Shown here: one piece after another, positions 62,869-64,000 of the stretch
Numbering within the stretch: the stretch's first letter is position 1
Layout of the letters: every line of letters begins with the position of its first letter
Sequence record: PX441839.1
DNA from: a phage
Strand: one strand, 5' to 3'
DNA: 64,000 nt
Translations under genes and position numbers: made by a program
Notes under the pieces: model-generated
The model's database searches: none
Told to the model about the DNA's origin: nothing
Seen by the model: only the letters and a program-made list of their open reading frames with translations

Positions 62869-63441
62869 ATGGCTAAACCACACTTGGAAGTATTTGCAAG
62901 TGAATTCCACATGCTACAGTTCTTCGGCAAGTACCTGCCAAAGCTAGATGTTCATACCTCTGGCAGACTGGCACCGTTCTTGTACGTATATGACAACAAA
63001 CAGGTCCTTGCTCGAAACTTCTTTGAATTTTTAACTCATATGGAAGAATTAACTGCTCTGAATATTGACACACGAGCATCAGTACAGAAAAATAGAGCAT
63101 TTATGGTTTTCTTCAATGAACAGTTAAAAGACCCTGCTAAATTTGTAGCTAACGTTTCTGCAAAAGTTCGTGCAGCAGAGGTAACTGGTGAAGAAGTTCA
63201 GAAACATGAACCTATCGTTTCCTCTGAGGTTGTTGAAACTGTAACTGAAACCAAGGAAGAAGTCAAGGAGTCGTCTAAAGATAAAGAGGAAATCTTAGCC
63301 AAGGCTGAATCTTTACGTGATGACTCCAAGAAGGCCGCTGCCAAGGCTGCACTGGAAGCGTTTGCAATGGAGCACGGCGTGTCTCTGAGCAAGGCTAAGA
63401 CTTTCGACGCAATGTTGGAAGATCTGAAAGCTGCACTGTAA
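62869..63441 (+). CDS. hypothetical structural-module protein (190 aa)
   Basis: Six-frame ORF with GGAG RBS; terminator hairpin at 63448-63471. Confidence 0.5.
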   Translation: MAKPHLEVFASEFHMLQFFGKYLPKLDVHTSGRLAPFLYVYDNKQVLARNFFEFLTHMEELTALNIDTRASVQKNRAFMVFFNEQLKDPAKFVANVSAKVRAAEVTGEEVQKHEPIVSSEVVETVTETKEEVKESSKDKEEILAKAESLRDDSKKAAAKAALEAFAMEHGVSLSKAKTFDAMLEDLKAAL

Positions 63442-63481
63442 TCCATTAGCCCCGAAAGGGGCTTATTATTTGGAGATCTAA

Positions 63482-64000
63482 ATGGAATATCAAGATAAGG
63501 TCGTTGAGGTTCTGGTAACGGCTCCTGTAGCTGACGCAGGTCAGACTGCTGGTTCCGGTGGCGGAAACTTCACTGGCATTGAAACCCTCAACACGCCTTC
63601 CACATCCCTTGTTGGTAAAGGCACCCCTTCTTCACCCCTTCAATCAAACGTCAATATCTCTCGTCGTACAGGTAACAGATTAACTGTAGTTAACGATCAG
63701 AATGAGACGGGTCTTTTCGTAGGCTCTGCTGAAACAAAGATTTCAAGCAAAGCTGGAAATACGATCAAGGAAATCACCCGTACAGAAGCAGAAAACGCAG
63801 GGGACCCTTCCTTAGAGGGAATTTACTCTGCCCCGGTTAGTGAGTCTGTATCTTCCCCTAACAAGACTGTCAAGATTGCACAAGTTGCATCTGACAATTC
63901 AAAGTCTACCATTGAAGTTGCTGTTTCTGCAGCAGATAACAATGCCCTCGTTGTTGGTGAAGACGGTCTGAGTGTACCAGTGTCTAAGTCTCTTGACAAC
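63482..64000 (+). CDS. 5' part of a putative structural protein (tail/fibre-like), truncated by the window end
   Basis: ORF begins at ATG 63482 after GGAGA RBS and runs off the window; Ser/Thr/Gly/Val-rich. Confidence 0.4.
   Translation, partial: MEYQDKVVEVLVTAPVADAGQTAGSGGGNFTGIETLNTPSTSLVGKGTPSSPLQSNVNISRRTGNRLTVVNDQNETGLFVGSAETKISSKAGNTIKEITRTEAENAGDPSLEGIYSAPVSESVSSPNKTVKIAQVASDNSKSTIEVAVSAADNNALVVGEDGLSVPVSKSLDN

Noticed and set aside
1-64000. Prophage or temperate features (integrase, CI-like repressor, attachment site, host flank)
   Set aside because: No tyrosine or serine recombinase motifs were seen and the window is entirely phage-like, consistent with a virulent phage.

Overview
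This window looks like part of a large virulent tailed-phage genome from an enterobacterial host; no integrase, repressor or host flank is visible. It has four blocks. (1) 1-9300, plus strand: about 26 small early ORFs, almost all with their own strong sigma70-type promoter (TTGACA / 17 bp / cATAAT) carrying conserved palindromes, plus a conserved 5' leader hairpin. (2) 9300-11050: a repeat-rich non-coding zone where the two gene blocks converge. (3) 11053-47070, minus strand: about 75 genes for nucleotide metabolism, DNA replication and repair, tRNA-related functions and lysis (NrdA/NrdB, glutaredoxin, ThyX-like, dNMP kinase, flap endonuclease, DNA ligase, EndoVII-like and RuvC-like resolvases, DNA methyltransferase, CCA-adding enzyme, PTH2-like hydrolase, nucleotidyltransferase, MazG-like proteins, ClpP-like protease, endolysin). 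(4) 47071-64000, plus strand: an AT-rich divergent control region, a Prs-like / NAMPT-like gene pair, two tRNA clusters split by an HNH endonuclease, a spanin pair, and the start of the structural module (terminase, portal, scaffold, major capsid). The strongest candidate for an accessory system is the Prs-like + NAMPT-like pair (48155-50916), which matches the architecture of the phage NAD+ reconstitution pathway NARP1. Other leads are a tightly coupled three-gene operon (class-II-aaRS-like, MazG-like, nucleotidyltransferase) next to the PTH2-like and CCA genes, tRNA-like elements closed by perfect 16-bp stems, and the repeat zone at 9.3-11.0 kb. All calls come from reading the sequence and ORF translations and from remembered family motifs; nothing was searched against a database.
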